A stretch of 64,000 nucleotides of DNA from a virus. Below, in pieces: positions 38,302 through 47,132 of the stretch. Below the pieces are notes generated by a model. That model made no database searches. It was not told where the DNA came from and was given only the letters and a program-made list of their open reading frames with translations. The stretch lies in IMG/VR virus record IMGVR_UViG_3300046820_000495, positions 1-64,000 of that record, one strand, 5' to 3'. Numbering within the stretch: the first letter of the stretch is position 1; every line of letters starts with the position of its first letter. The position numbers and the translations under genes were made by a program.

Positions 38302-39151
38302 TTACCTCTCCTGTTAACGATATATCATGTTCAATGTTACAACGCCACATTAGGCGTTCATCTTCACCTTTAAGGTCCAAGAATGTACGACGGTGAACAA
38401 ACGGCCAGTTATCATACAATACCATATCATTAGGAGCCCATGTATGTGTGTAAACACATTCTGGAACTTCTGCCATTGCTTCCATTAGTTCTTCTACAAT
38501 GCCTGTGCCCATGCTCTTACCATCTAGCTTTGTATCAACGATCCACGAGTCAGTTGTGCCATGATAATTGCAACGTGGGCTCCAACGTCCTGTAATTGGT
38601 TCTTGTTTCATTGCAGGCCATTCAATAATGTCTTTGCCTAAGTGGTGCCAGTTCTGCTGAACAACTGTTCGCTTTTCCCAACGCTCTCTAAGTTTAGGAT
38701 GTACTTCTGGGTAAGCCTTTTCCATATCGAGCCAAACAGTTAGGCCAGCTTTGGGATTAGGTACAGTTTTCATATAGATAATACGATGCGGGAATTGAAT
38801 GCCGCCATCAACACGATTGGCGATGTCAGCATGCCAAGGCATTTCTTTGTCTGCTAGTCGGATACTAATCTTATTACTCATCGACGTAATGTACTTTGGC
38901 TTTAATGGCTCAGTTGGATCTTTAACTATTTCCCATTTCTCAGTACTACGGTGGTAATCGATTGCGTCCCAAGGTTTCCCCCATAACGCACAAAATTTCC
39001 AATAGGTTGCTTTATCCCATTCAGGAGCATGAAATACCAGCATCTTTCGATCGTATAATAGTTTTCGCAATTCTCGTGTATCTTGTTCAAAGATATCGCT
39101 CATGTCGGTAAACTCTGTACCCCAGTCGTTGAATATGTTTTTTATCTGCAT
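38291..39151 (-). CDS. TauD/TfdA-family dioxygenase
   Basis: WHAD, HTW-D-YDN-HRR, R-MWR. Confidence 0.85.
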   Translation of the reverse strand: MQIKNIFNDWGTEFTDMSDIFEQDTRELRKLLYDRKMLVFHAPEWDKATYWKFCALWGKPWDAIDYHRSTEKWEIVKDPTEPLKPKYITSMSNKISIRLADKEMPWHADIANRVDGGIQFPHRIIYMKTVPNPKAGLTVWLDMEKAYPEVHPKLRERWEKRTVVQQNWHHLGKDIIEWPAMKQEPITGRWSPRCNYHGTTDSWIVDTKLDGKSMGTGIVEELMEAMAEVPECVYTHTWAPNDMVLYDNWPFVHRRTFLDLKGEDERLMWRCNIEHDISLTGEVSGQ

Positions 39152-39169
39152 GAATGTATTTAAGCAAAT

Positions 39170-39412
39170 TTACTTGCTAAGTTTTTCTAACATAAGTTTT
39201 TCTGCTTCTTCTTTGATCTGCAAGTCACGTGCTTTGGCTAACATAGGAAGAACTGATTCTACTAAATTAACAGCCATTTCCTTGCCAGGCCCTTCCAAGT
39301 GTGAAAATTTGTAATCTGACATGTTGCTTATATAAGCATACTTCCTGTGAGTAATTAGTTCTCGTAATGTGCCTAATACAATCATGGCCGCTTGTTCATC
39401 TAATTCTGTCAT
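39170..39412 (-). CDS. Hypothetical protein (start trimmed to 39412)
   Basis: SD AAGGA before MTELDEQ. Confidence 0.55.
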   Translation of the reverse strand: MTELDEQAAMIVLGTLRELITHRKYAYISNMSDYKFSHLEGPGKEMAVNLVESVLPMLAKARDLQIKEEAEKLMLEKLSK

Positions 39413-39423
39413 TTTACGTTTCC

Positions 39424-40005
39424 TTATCGGACCAACCACTCTGCGACAGGCTGTCCACCAAGCTCGCCTTCCAAAAGTTTTAATCTTTTCCACAGTGGAT
39501 TGCATACTGATCCTTCTCTAATTACTGCTCTACCTACTAAAACTACTATGCCCCATTCACGCCTTTCCCAGCGAGGCTCATATCTAGGAACGGTGCCATG
39601 TTTCTGTTTATACTCTTCAGATAATATTTCTCTTTGTAACTTATATCCGTTTAGTTCATGATAATATACTGCATCATCTGGTATGATAATTCCATCTGGT
39701 ATGCGATCTGTTTCATACCAATGCCTGTATCCATTTCGAACCCATTCTACCATTACTTGGTTTTCCCATAGCAGTCTGCCAGCAACATCACGTAGGTGTT
39801 TGCCATGCCACTCCTGGGGGCTGGCATTGCTAACAGCCGCTACACTTGTATTGTCGCCACCAATGACACCAATGGGCATGTCATTGCCTTGTGCTATCTT
39901 AATCTTATCACCGACCAAAGCCACTGTTAGGCCTGTGCGGTCTTCTTCATTTGGGTTACCATCTTCCCATTCAAACATTTCAGCGTAGCCGCTTGCTATT
40001 TTCAT
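39424..40005 (-). CDS. Stand-alone peptidase G2 / intramolecular-chaperone-like domain
   Basis: YAEMFEW, IGVI, Y-PR-R-EW-V-L-G motifs of tailspike C-terminal autocleaving chaperones. Confidence 0.7.
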   Translation of the reverse strand: MKIASGYAEMFEWEDGNPNEEDRTGLTVALVGDKIKIAQGNDMPIGVIGGDNTSVAAVSNASPQEWHGKHLRDVAGRLLWENQVMVEWVRNGYRHWYETDRIPDGIIIPDDAVYYHELNGYKLQREILSEEYKQKHGTVPRYEPRWERREWGIVVLVGRAVIREGSVCNPLWKRLKLLEGELGGQPVAEWLVR

Positions 40006-40559
40006 TTAGGTTCCAATCTAATATCTAATTCTTTGAGTACTTCTCTGTAGAGTGGTTCGCCTGCGGCCACTTGTTCTTTCCAAGTCTTTCCTGCGCTGGC
40101 ATCTGCTGGGTCACTGATATACTTCCATATCTCAATGTCAATGCCTAGCTTATTTGCTACCTTGGCCACACTATATGCTTCCATGTCAACTACATCGCAC
40201 TCTACTCGAAGCTTGTCGGGTTCAGTAATAAAAATATCGCCCGATGCACATGTCTTTCCTGTGCCAGGCATGATAATCATGCTTTCTGGATCATTGAAGT
40301 GTATGCCCGGTTTCATACCTAAAGCCATCAAGTTTACATCATGTTGCCATACTGTATTAATACGATGTACTCCTGTACCTAACCTAATCCCGCCTGCTGT
40401 ACCCATATTAATAATACGACTGGGGCGATAGTAGTTACATAACCTTGTGGTGTTGATTGCGGCATTTACTTTGCCTACGCCTATACAATGAACATTAGAG
40501 TACTGTTTAAAAAGGCCTGGGGCTTCGTCTTCTAATGCAAATAAAATTAAATCATTCAT
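40002..40559 (-). CDS. MTA/SAH nucleosidase-like (PNP/UDP family)
   Basis: ALEDEA, GVGKVNAA, IN-GTAG, SGDIF, VDMEAY, KYISD-AD. Confidence 0.85.
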   Translation of the reverse strand: MNDLILFALEDEAPGLFKQYSNVHCIGVGKVNAAINTTRLCNYYRPSRIINMGTAGGIRLGTGVHRINTVWQHDVNLMALGMKPGIHFNDPESMIIMPGTGKTCASGDIFITEPDKLRVECDVVDMEAYSVAKVANKLGIDIEIWKYISDPADASAGKTWKEQVAAGEPLYREVLKELDIRLEPK

Positions 40560-40603
40560 GTATATAATTACCAACTCCAAAGTAGAGTTGTTTAGTCAAA
40601 AGA

Positions 40604-40623
40604 AAACCCGCCGAAGCGGGTTT
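40604..40623 (-). terminator. Intrinsic terminator
   Basis: AAACCCGC-TTCG-GCGGGTTT followed by a T-tract on minus strand. Confidence 0.85.
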
Positions 40624-40625
40624 AA

Positions 40626-41324
40626 TTATATTGCTATTTTGACTCTGGTTAGCCTAGTCTCCTGGGCACCATCCCTATCTTGTCCGTGTGCTTTAACAAC
40701 ACCAACAATTGGGAATTGCTCAGGGGCATCGGGCCACATATCAACAGTCTTACTACTGGTCCAAAAATACAAGTTGACACCATCTGTAGCACGAATAACA
40801 CTACCAGCAAACACTCTGCCTTCAAACTTGTTGATTACAGTAACGTCAAGCCTAATGTGTTGACCCACGGAACCCTGATGTATACTGGTGCCAACAATCT
40901 TGTTCATTACTTCTTGGTGAGCTTCCTTTTGAATTTCTTTGTGATAACGGGCGCCAAGGCAAGCCATGTATGCCATGCCCATGTTAGCATCAACTTCTTC
41001 TTGTGTGATAAGGTTCATGATCTTTTGATCAAAGTCATTTGACTTACCACCAAGCATGTTAAATGCAAGTCCTTGGAAATGCTCTGCCATCTTGGCACCA
41101 AATTCCCTGTCAACATCAGTAACATTAGGAAAGTTTAGTGTAACCTGAGTCTTAATAAGCTCGCGGTTAGGATGCTGTTTAACATTGCCAGTTTCTTGAT
41201 CCAACTCAGGGAACTTAACATAACGGCCTTCGTTAATGCGATCAGCAAAGGCCACTAAGGCCCAAGCATCAGCAATAGGCAACTTCTGTTCTTTAAGAAA
41301 ACGCTTTTTCTGTGCTTGATCCAT
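40626..41324 (-). CDS. Hypothetical protein with possible C-terminal OB fold
   Basis: G-VG...G-VKAH...ET-LTRVK; SD GAGG before ATG at 41324. Confidence 0.6.
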   Translation of the reverse strand: MDQAQKKRFLKEQKLPIADAWALVAFADRINEGRYVKFPELDQETGNVKQHPNRELIKTQVTLNFPNVTDVDREFGAKMAEHFQGLAFNMLGGKSNDFDQKIMNLITQEEVDANMGMAYMACLGARYHKEIQKEAHQEVMNKIVGTSIHQGSVGQHIRLDVTVINKFEGRVFAGSVIRATDGVNLYFWTSSKTVDMWPDAPEQFPIVGVVKAHGQDRDGAQETRLTRVKIAI

Positions 41325-41331
41325 AGTGTCC

Positions 41332-41526
41332 TCAAAAGGCAAATGTTCTAACCCAATCAAAGCGAGTACTGGCAGGCACCCACTTAAATTGTTCCTTCTT
41401 GCGTTCGGGCTTTTCAAAGTCCATGCACACCATTACCCAGCCACGCTCTGTGGAGAACGCAACTGTGTCAGCAACACGAACGACTTGAACTAACCTATCC
41501 CTCATCCTTGCTACAGTAACGGTCAT
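41332..41526 (-). CDS. Hypothetical protein
   Basis: 64 aa, SD GGAGG. Confidence 0.6.
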   Translation of the reverse strand: MTVTVARMRDRLVQVVRVADTVAFSTERGWVMVCMDFEKPERKKEQFKWVPASTRFDWVRTFAF

Positions 41527-41535
41527 AATGACCTC

Positions 41536-41925
41536 CTATGCTAACTTTTCATATTCCAAACTAACACCCTCTGAGTAGTAGCCGTTTGACTCACCTAACC
41601 AGCGAATGTCAACCCAACCTTTAAAGGTTGCAAATTTGTAAAAGGTCCAGGTGTATGACTCACTGCCTTCAAAGCCATCCACTTCACCGCCAACTGCTTC
41701 TTCTGCTACCAAGATAGGAGTGCCTACCAAGTCTTGCAAGTCGCCAACAATGTCGTTTACTTCTACAGATTCACAACAATCTTGGAAGTGCATAAATGTA
41801 AAAGTTTCTTTGTCGGTTGCAAAGACAATTTCACGTGAGCCTACTTCACCAGTAACACTGGTAAAGACTTTGCCAATCATGTCTTTCAATCCAACTGTCA
41901 TGTTCAATGTTTTTTCGTAAGTCAT
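41536..41925 (-). CDS. Conserved phage hypothetical protein
   Basis: H-QDCCESV...TWTFYK...RWLGESNGYYSE pattern. Confidence 0.7.
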   Translation of the reverse strand: MTYEKTLNMTVGLKDMIGKVFTSVTGEVGSREIVFATDKETFTFMHFQDCCESVEVNDIVGDLQDLVGTPILVAEEAVGGEVDGFEGSESYTWTFYKFATFKGWVDIRWLGESNGYYSEGVSLEYEKLA

Positions 41926-41950
41926 TTTTATTCCTTTCATTTATAATAGG

Positions 41951-42133
41951 AGGGAACCATGTGGATCTCATTCTGCTGGGTTTGCGAAGCCCAGTCACCA
42001 CGGTCATTACTGCCAGATACTTCCGTCAACCATTTGGATCTATTGCTAGTCCTCAGTCTTCATGCGTTGTAAGATTGCGCCAAACGCCTTGGTGCTCCTC
42101 TCTTACGGTCCGCCTAACGGATCTGGTAACCCT
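41951..42133 (-). ncRNA. Candidate structured non-coding RNA (about 185 nt)
   Basis: No credible ORF; nested stems AGGG/CCCU, CCAGAU/AUCUGG, CCGUUA/UGACGG, GUAAGA/UCUUAC, CUA-GCAA-UAG, ACCGUG/CAUGGU, CUGGG/CCCAG; own promoter. Confidence 0.6.
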
Positions 42134-42154
42134 TTTATTTCTTGCTATGTATCT

Positions 42155-42183
42155 ATTATAGTACTTCTAGGGCCACTTGTCAA
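42155..42183 (-). promoter_or_regulatory. Early sigma70-type promoter
   Basis: TTGACA-17-TATAAT. Confidence 0.85.
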
Positions 42184-42192
42184 CCATTTTGT

Positions 42193-42210
42193 TGTTGTAT
42201 TTTTACAACA
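42193..42210. promoter_or_regulatory. 18-bp palindromic operator-like site
   Basis: TGTTGTATTTTTACAACA. Confidence 0.6.
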
Positions 42211-42217
42211 ACTTTGC

Positions 42218-42502
42218 TTACTTTTTAGGCAGATCTTTTGCTAGCTCAAACCACCGTGTAGCTTGTTTATAGTTAAAATTTGGGTGCCTAAACATATAAT
42301 CCCGTTTGCGCTCTGCTATCTCTAAAGCATCTAGCATACGCATTTTATCATTAAATGGCAATGACATTAACACTTTATTCATATCTGTAATGTCTAACAT
42401 ATACTCCACCCATTTTTCTGTGGCTTTTATTTTGTAGAAACTTACTTGTCCTTTTTTATTATTGGCGCTTGTATATTTGCTTATAAAGTTTTTAGCTTGC
42501 AT
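42218..42502 (-). CDS. Hypothetical protein
   Basis: 94 aa, SD AAGGAG. Confidence 0.65.
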   Translation of the reverse strand: MQAKNFISKYTSANNKKGQVSFYKIKATEKWVEYMLDITDMNKVLMSLPFNDKMRMLDALEIAERKRDYMFRHPNFNYKQATRWFELAKDLPKK

Positions 42503-42522
42503 ACGTTCTCCTTTAATTAAAC

Positions 42523-42551
42523 ATTATAACAGAGATTGGACCGCTTGTCAA
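42523..42551 (-). promoter_or_regulatory. Early sigma70-type promoter
   Basis: TTGACA-17-TATAAT. Confidence 0.85.
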
Positions 42552-42559
42552 GTATGCTG

Positions 42560-42577
42560 TGTTGCAAAAATACAACA
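42560..42577. promoter_or_regulatory. 18-bp palindromic operator-like site
   Basis: TGTTGCAAAAATACAACA. Confidence 0.6.
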
Positions 42578-42620
42578 CCGGTGGATTAGCAGAACGTTAT
42601 AGTAGCACATAAATATCAAT

Positions 42621-43439
42621 ATGAGCAACCACTTTAATACACAAATTGGCTTTGGAACTTCAGGGCTTGGAGATAGTTTAGAACCAGAAAAATGGAAAAG
42701 ACATTTAGCGGCTATGCAACATGCTATCGAAGTAGGATACAAAGTTTTTGATACTGCTGAAATGTATGGTGACGGCAAGACAGAGCTACTGCTTGGACAA
42801 GCCTTAAAGGCAACAGGCAAAAGAGATAGCTTACATATTGTTTCTAAAGTTCTGCCAAAGAATGCTACTACAGTAGACGACGTTATAAAAGCTTGCCAAG
42901 CAAGTATTCGTAGAATGGGGTGTGACTATATTGATACATACCTGCTTCATTGGCGCGAAGGTCCTATGTCGATTAATCCAGCCATTGAAGCCATGCTAGA
43001 GCTGAAACAAAAAGGTCTTATTAAAAGTTATGGTGTAAGCAATTTTAGAAAGTTTTCTCTTGAAGAGTGGCAGATGATAGAACGTCAATTAGGCGTAGAT
43101 AGTACTATATCTACTCACCAGCTCAGGTATGCTGTAACTTACAGAGAGCACGAAAAAGAAGTTGTTCCGTGGAACAACAATCATAATATCACGACAATGG
43201 CATGGGGTCCGCTAGGCAAAGGTGCAATATTTAAAGACCGACTGTTTGTTGATATTGCACAACGTTACGGGTACCTACCTGCACAACTTGCTATAGCATG
43301 GACTATTAAGAATCCAAACTTTATTTCAATCCCCAAGGCAACAGATCTAAATAGAATCGAAAAGAATCTTGCTTCACAAAAATTAACACTGAACGATGAG
43401 ATACTCAGTGAACTAGAAAAGAAATTTCCAATACAATGA
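42621..43439 (+). CDS. Aldo/keto reductase
   Basis: GFGT, FDTAEMYG, SKV, DYID-YLLHW, GVSNF, IPK. Confidence 0.9.
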   Translation: MSNHFNTQIGFGTSGLGDSLEPEKWKRHLAAMQHAIEVGYKVFDTAEMYGDGKTELLLGQALKATGKRDSLHIVSKVLPKNATTVDDVIKACQASIRRMGCDYIDTYLLHWREGPMSINPAIEAMLELKQKGLIKSYGVSNFRKFSLEEWQMIERQLGVDSTISTHQLRYAVTYREHEKEVVPWNNNHNITTMAWGPLGKGAIFKDRLFVDIAQRYGYLPAQLAIAWTIKNPNFISIPKATDLNRIEKNLASQKLTLNDEILSELEKKFPIQ

Positions 43440-44098
43440 TAGGTCCAAAAGAACTTGCCCCTTTAACAGATGATCAACTGTTAGGGCTAATAGAATGCTT
43501 TACAAACAATAAGCAAATGCAAAGCTACCCTGGTAGGGCGTTTGCATTAGACTTAGATCCAGCAATGGAAATCGTTAAGCCTATTATAGATAACGAACTT
43601 GGAGAAGGTACATGGGAAAGAGACGGCGGAAACTTCTTCCTTACTAACACAGGGTATCGTGTTCATGCTGATACAGGTAAGCAAGGTCCAGAAAAAGTCT
43701 GGCAGACATTCTTGTTCCCATTGGCAATGACATTCAAAGAAGACACTACACCGCGTCTAGACAAGAATAAGTTTATTGTGCTTAACCAAACGTGGGATGG
43801 TAATGCGGCCTTCTTCTTACGTGGGAGTGATGACGAACCAAACGAATACAACATTGTAGTCAAAGACTATGCGGCAGTTGGCAACATCGAACATCATACT
43901 ATGGATGGATGGTTACTAGAAAACTGCCCTCACTTAAATCCAAGCAACTTCTATGGTTTAACAGTTGACAAGATGTTTACTTGGACTCCAGGAGTACCAA
44001 TTACATTTCCACGTAATCGTTTACATGTAAACACACCTTTCCCAAGGTATGGAATTGCTACCAAGCTTGGCTTGAGTGTGTTTATATCGAGAAAATAA
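43436..44098 (+). CDS. Putative 2OG-Fe(II)-type oxygenase
   Basis: VHAD...W-PG-F-R-LH...K pattern. Confidence 0.55.
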   Translation: MIGPKELAPLTDDQLLGLIECFTNNKQMQSYPGRAFALDLDPAMEIVKPIIDNELGEGTWERDGGNFFLTNTGYRVHADTGKQGPEKVWQTFLFPLAMTFKEDTTPRLDKNKFIVLNQTWDGNAAFFLRGSDDEPNEYNIVVKDYAAVGNIEHHTMDGWLLENCPHLNPSNFYGLTVDKMFTWTPGVPITFPRNRLHVNTPFPRYGIATKLGLSVFISRK

Positions 44099-45069
44099 TG
44101 TCTAAAATAATTGAAATAAAAAGAAATTACGATGTACTGTATGTATATTGGACACTAACGGATTTTTGCAACTTTAGATGTAACTATTGTCCAAGTAGCT
44201 TACATGCCGGAGACTACAAGAATGGTAGAAAGCCAGGCTACCCATCAAATGACGAGATACGAACTTTTCTTGATAAGCTAATAAATGTTCACGCCAAGGA
44301 TAGAGTATTGCTTGTTTCGATTGGTGGGGGTGAACCTACTCTACATCCAATGTATGAAGAAATAGTAGACACAATTTATCCACATGGTATAGTTGAAACC
44401 ATTACAAATGGTTCGCGAGATTTCAAGTGGTGGCAAGGACTCAATCACCTGCCAGATAAACTTACTATTAGCCTACATGCTGAATGGACTAAAATGGATC
44501 GTGTCAATGAGTTAGGCGAATTCCTACTAGACAATAAAGTACAGGTTGCGTACAATATGATGTGCGACCCAGGAAACTGGAATCGTGTACAAGAACTGTA
44601 CAATCAAATGTCTCCGCGACTACGGCCATATGTTGCTGGTAAAATTATAACAGACCATGATGACGGCCCCGACAATGGCAAACCATGGGACTATACCCCC
44701 GAGCAAATGGAATACATTAAAAGCATCTATGCAACAGGTGAACGGCCTGCAAGAAGAAAAATATACGAAGGTGTGAACATTACGCCTGTGATATACTACG
44801 AAGATGGTTCAACGTCAAAGATGGAAAATCCGTTTGAAGTAGTCAATAACTGGCAGCATAGTTTTACAGGATGGGAATGTAGTGCTGGTAGAAACGGAAT
44901 AGCCATTGACTTTGATGGCTATGCTTACGCTGGCAATTGCAGGACACAAAAGCTTGGAAGAATTGATAAGTTTGATTTATTGTCTGAACCAATTATCTGC
45001 CCCAACAAGTGGTGTAAGACAGCCGCAGATATTCAGACCAATAAGCGTTACATAGAACCAGGGTCTTGA
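44098..45069 (+). CDS. Radical SAM protein with C-terminal auxiliary cluster domain
   Basis: CNFRCNYC, GGEPT, TNGS; C-terminal C...C...C-C. Confidence 0.88.
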   Translation: MSKIIEIKRNYDVLYVYWTLTDFCNFRCNYCPSSLHAGDYKNGRKPGYPSNDEIRTFLDKLINVHAKDRVLLVSIGGGEPTLHPMYEEIVDTIYPHGIVETITNGSRDFKWWQGLNHLPDKLTISLHAEWTKMDRVNELGEFLLDNKVQVAYNMMCDPGNWNRVQELYNQMSPRLRPYVAGKIITDHDDGPDNGKPWDYTPEQMEYIKSIYATGERPARRKIYEGVNITPVIYYEDGSTSKMENPFEVVNNWQHSFTGWECSAGRNGIAIDFDGYAYAGNCRTQKLGRIDKFDLLSEPIICPNKWCKTAADIQTNKRYIEPGS

Positions 45070-45677
45070 AATCCTAGCTCATTGAACGCCCATGCACGTT
45101 CTGTGCAGTTATAACACTCGCCACATCGACCTTCTGTTTGTGCTGTACAACTATGAGTAAGTTCTATTAGAGGCCATATATCAAAGACATTGAACAAGTC
45201 TAATGTGTGCCTTTTGTCAACTAGTGCAAAAGGAATAGTTGTCCCGGGCAAATTGACCTTGTCCGGTCTTGCTGGATATTCTCCTGGCATTTGAACAGGA
45301 GGGTGTGCCTGACTACCGTAAAAGCAATGTTCAATGTTGTATGTTGCTCTTGCTTCTCTTTCACCACTACGTCCTTGCTGACTATGATGTAGTGTTGGGT
45401 CTCCTACTTGTATAGGAGCTGGCAATTCTATGCCAAGTATTTCGTTAACTTTATCAACGATTGGCTTGACATAGTTCCAAGCACCATCGGGCCTAGCAAC
45501 TGTAAACGGAATCAACTCGTGGTCGCTGCCTGACATTTTCTTTTCTAGTGCCAAGATATAAAGTAGTATAGCACTATCTGCTCCACCACTAAGCATTACC
45601 CCGATGCGTTTTTTATCTGTTGGCAATGCTATTTCAACTTGCCGCTTGTTGCCTTCTGGCCCAACTATTACAATCAT
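45048..45677 (-). CDS. QueC-like PP-loop ATPase
   Basis: MLSGGADS and C-terminal Zn motif THSC-x7-CGECYNCTER. Confidence 0.7.
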   Translation of the reverse strand: MIVIVGPEGNKRQVEIALPTDKKRIGVMLSGGADSAILLYILALEKKMSGSDHELIPFTVARPDGAWNYVKPIVDKVNEILGIELPAPIQVGDPTLHHSQQGRSGEREARATYNIEHCFYGSQAHPPVQMPGEYPARPDKVNLPGTTIPFALVDKRHTLDLFNVFDIWPLIELTHSCTAQTEGRCGECYNCTERAWAFNELGFQDPGSM

Positions 45678-46538
45678 TTAGTGCCTGTGCTGTAGGTTCT
45701 TTAATACCTTATCAACGTTGGCCAATGTCATTGGCACATTTAAGATTAAATGCCAACTATCGTCTACCCAAGATATTGTTCTGTGTGTCATACGAGTATT
45801 AACATAATACACACGGCCTACTTCAATATTGGCTTTGCGATCATCCATTAACCAATCGTAATCAAAAGGACCACAGTTCTTTAAAAAGCACACAAGTCTA
45901 AAGCAAGGACGCGGCATGCCGGGATGGTCGCGATGCGGGACAAAGTAGCCACCTGTACCCGAGTTAACAATAAAAGACCTGCCCAGTGGTTGCCACTCGT
46001 CTAAAAATCCTTTAAGACTTTTCTTGCTCGGGTCGCCTGTCTTATCACAATCATTATATAAATCAGTTGGTACACAGAACTCTGCTTCGCGAACAGGCCT
46101 GCCAAGTTTTTTAGTTGCTTCCGGTAAGCTAGGTGGGCTTTGATGATTCCAACCTGGAATAGTTGTTAGTGATAAACTTTTTCTGTTGTTTGGACGATCA
46201 GTTCTTGGAAGATAGTCTACCCAGTCCTTGCTGTACTTTTCATTGATAACTTCTTCTATTTTCCAGTGGTCAAGTCTAATATCCAATGGTTCAAAATTAC
46301 CAATGGTAGAAAGTGCAAGTTCTGATGCCATAATGTCATTGCTTACAAAATCCATGCCTGCTCTTGTTCCGCTGGCTCCTACACCAATTACTGCATCTGG
46401 ATTGCCACTGAGATTTTCTACAGGCTTGCTTTCTTCTGCCTTGACTTCTGGCTTCTTCTTAGTAAGAGGTGTTTTAATTTTCTTTGGTTCCGGCGTTTTT
46501 TCTACTGCCGGTGATTTGATATCAAATAAAGTTCCCAT
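45678..46538 (-). CDS. Putative 2OG-Fe(II) oxygenase
   Basis: GG-F-PHRD, G-YY-NT-HRT, HLILN; TAACTA at 46562-46567. Confidence 0.65.
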   Translation of the reverse strand: MGTLFDIKSPAVEKTPEPKKIKTPLTKKKPEVKAEESKPVENLSGNPDAVIGVGASGTRAGMDFVSNDIMASELALSTIGNFEPLDIRLDHWKIEEVINEKYSKDWVDYLPRTDRPNNRKSLSLTTIPGWNHQSPPSLPEATKKLGRPVREAEFCVPTDLYNDCDKTGDPSKKSLKGFLDEWQPLGRSFIVNSGTGGYFVPHRDHPGMPRPCFRLVCFLKNCGPFDYDWLMDDRKANIEVGRVYYVNTRMTHRTISWVDDSWHLILNVPMTLANVDKVLKNLQHRH

Positions 46539-46593
46539 GTTTTACCTTGTAATGTTCAAGATAGTTATCAGGGCTAGGACTGTACTGTGTAGC

Positions 46594-47052
46594 CTATTTT
46601 ACTGTGGGTTTATCTAGTCTATAGTGTTTCATTCTATAGCATCTGCTGAGTGTGATATTGTAGTTTGTCAATTGTTCGCGCCACAAAAAGAATTGAGGAC
46701 CGTGTGTCATATTCTCATTGGTTAACCATTCCCATTGGTGAACCATTTCATGTGCCATGGTGTTGATGAATAATCGTTTGCTGAGAAAACTCTTATTGAT
46801 CTTCATCTTAACTCGAGTAGTATCTCCTTCAACTCCTTGGCACTCTCCCCAAAATGCCTTAGTGTACACCAACCTAAAACTTGGCATTTTAAGTTCATTG
46901 TTAAAAACATTGCGGTTGATGTTTCTAAATGCTTCCCTGCAATCTGCTATTGTGGGCCTAAACTTAGCATCATGTTCGTCAAACGATTGAACCATTCTAA
47001 ACAGTTTAGTCCTACTAATGTCCTTCTTATTGGCCATTGTATTAAGTTCCAT
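46594..47052 (-). CDS. SprT-like zinc metalloprotease
   Basis: N-VFNNEL-P, HEMVH, HG-F. Confidence 0.8.
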   Translation of the reverse strand: MELNTMANKKDISRTKLFRMVQSFDEHDAKFRPTIADCREAFRNINRNVFNNELKMPSFRLVYTKAFWGECQGVEGDTTRVKMKINKSFLSKRLFINTMAHEMVHQWEWLTNENMTHGPQFFLWREQLTNYNITLSRCYRMKHYRLDKPTVK

Positions 47053-47132
47053 GTAATGCTCTTAGCGAGTAAGTTATTTATAACATACTATGAAAACTTA
47101 AACTATCGTTTAGATGTGCCAAAAGTACCTAC

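Noticed and set aside
42016-42030. GACGGAAGUA resemblance to the glnA/Downstream-peptide riboswitch motif
   Set aside because: The surrounding junction and partner strand could not be built convincingly, and gene context is unrelated; left for a covariance search
42030-42060. CUGAGGA followed by a hairpin, as a hammerhead ribozyme core
   Set aside because: The required GAAA after stem II and the matching stems are absent
41907-42244. Plus-strand ORFs of 84 aa and 60 aa across the candidate ncRNA
   Set aside because: No SD, non-ATG starts, antisense to a consensus promoter, no recognisable protein features
44098-45069. Radical SAM gene as queE
   Set aside because: Longer than typical QueE, carries an extra C-terminal Cys domain, and lacks the N-terminal QGEG motif
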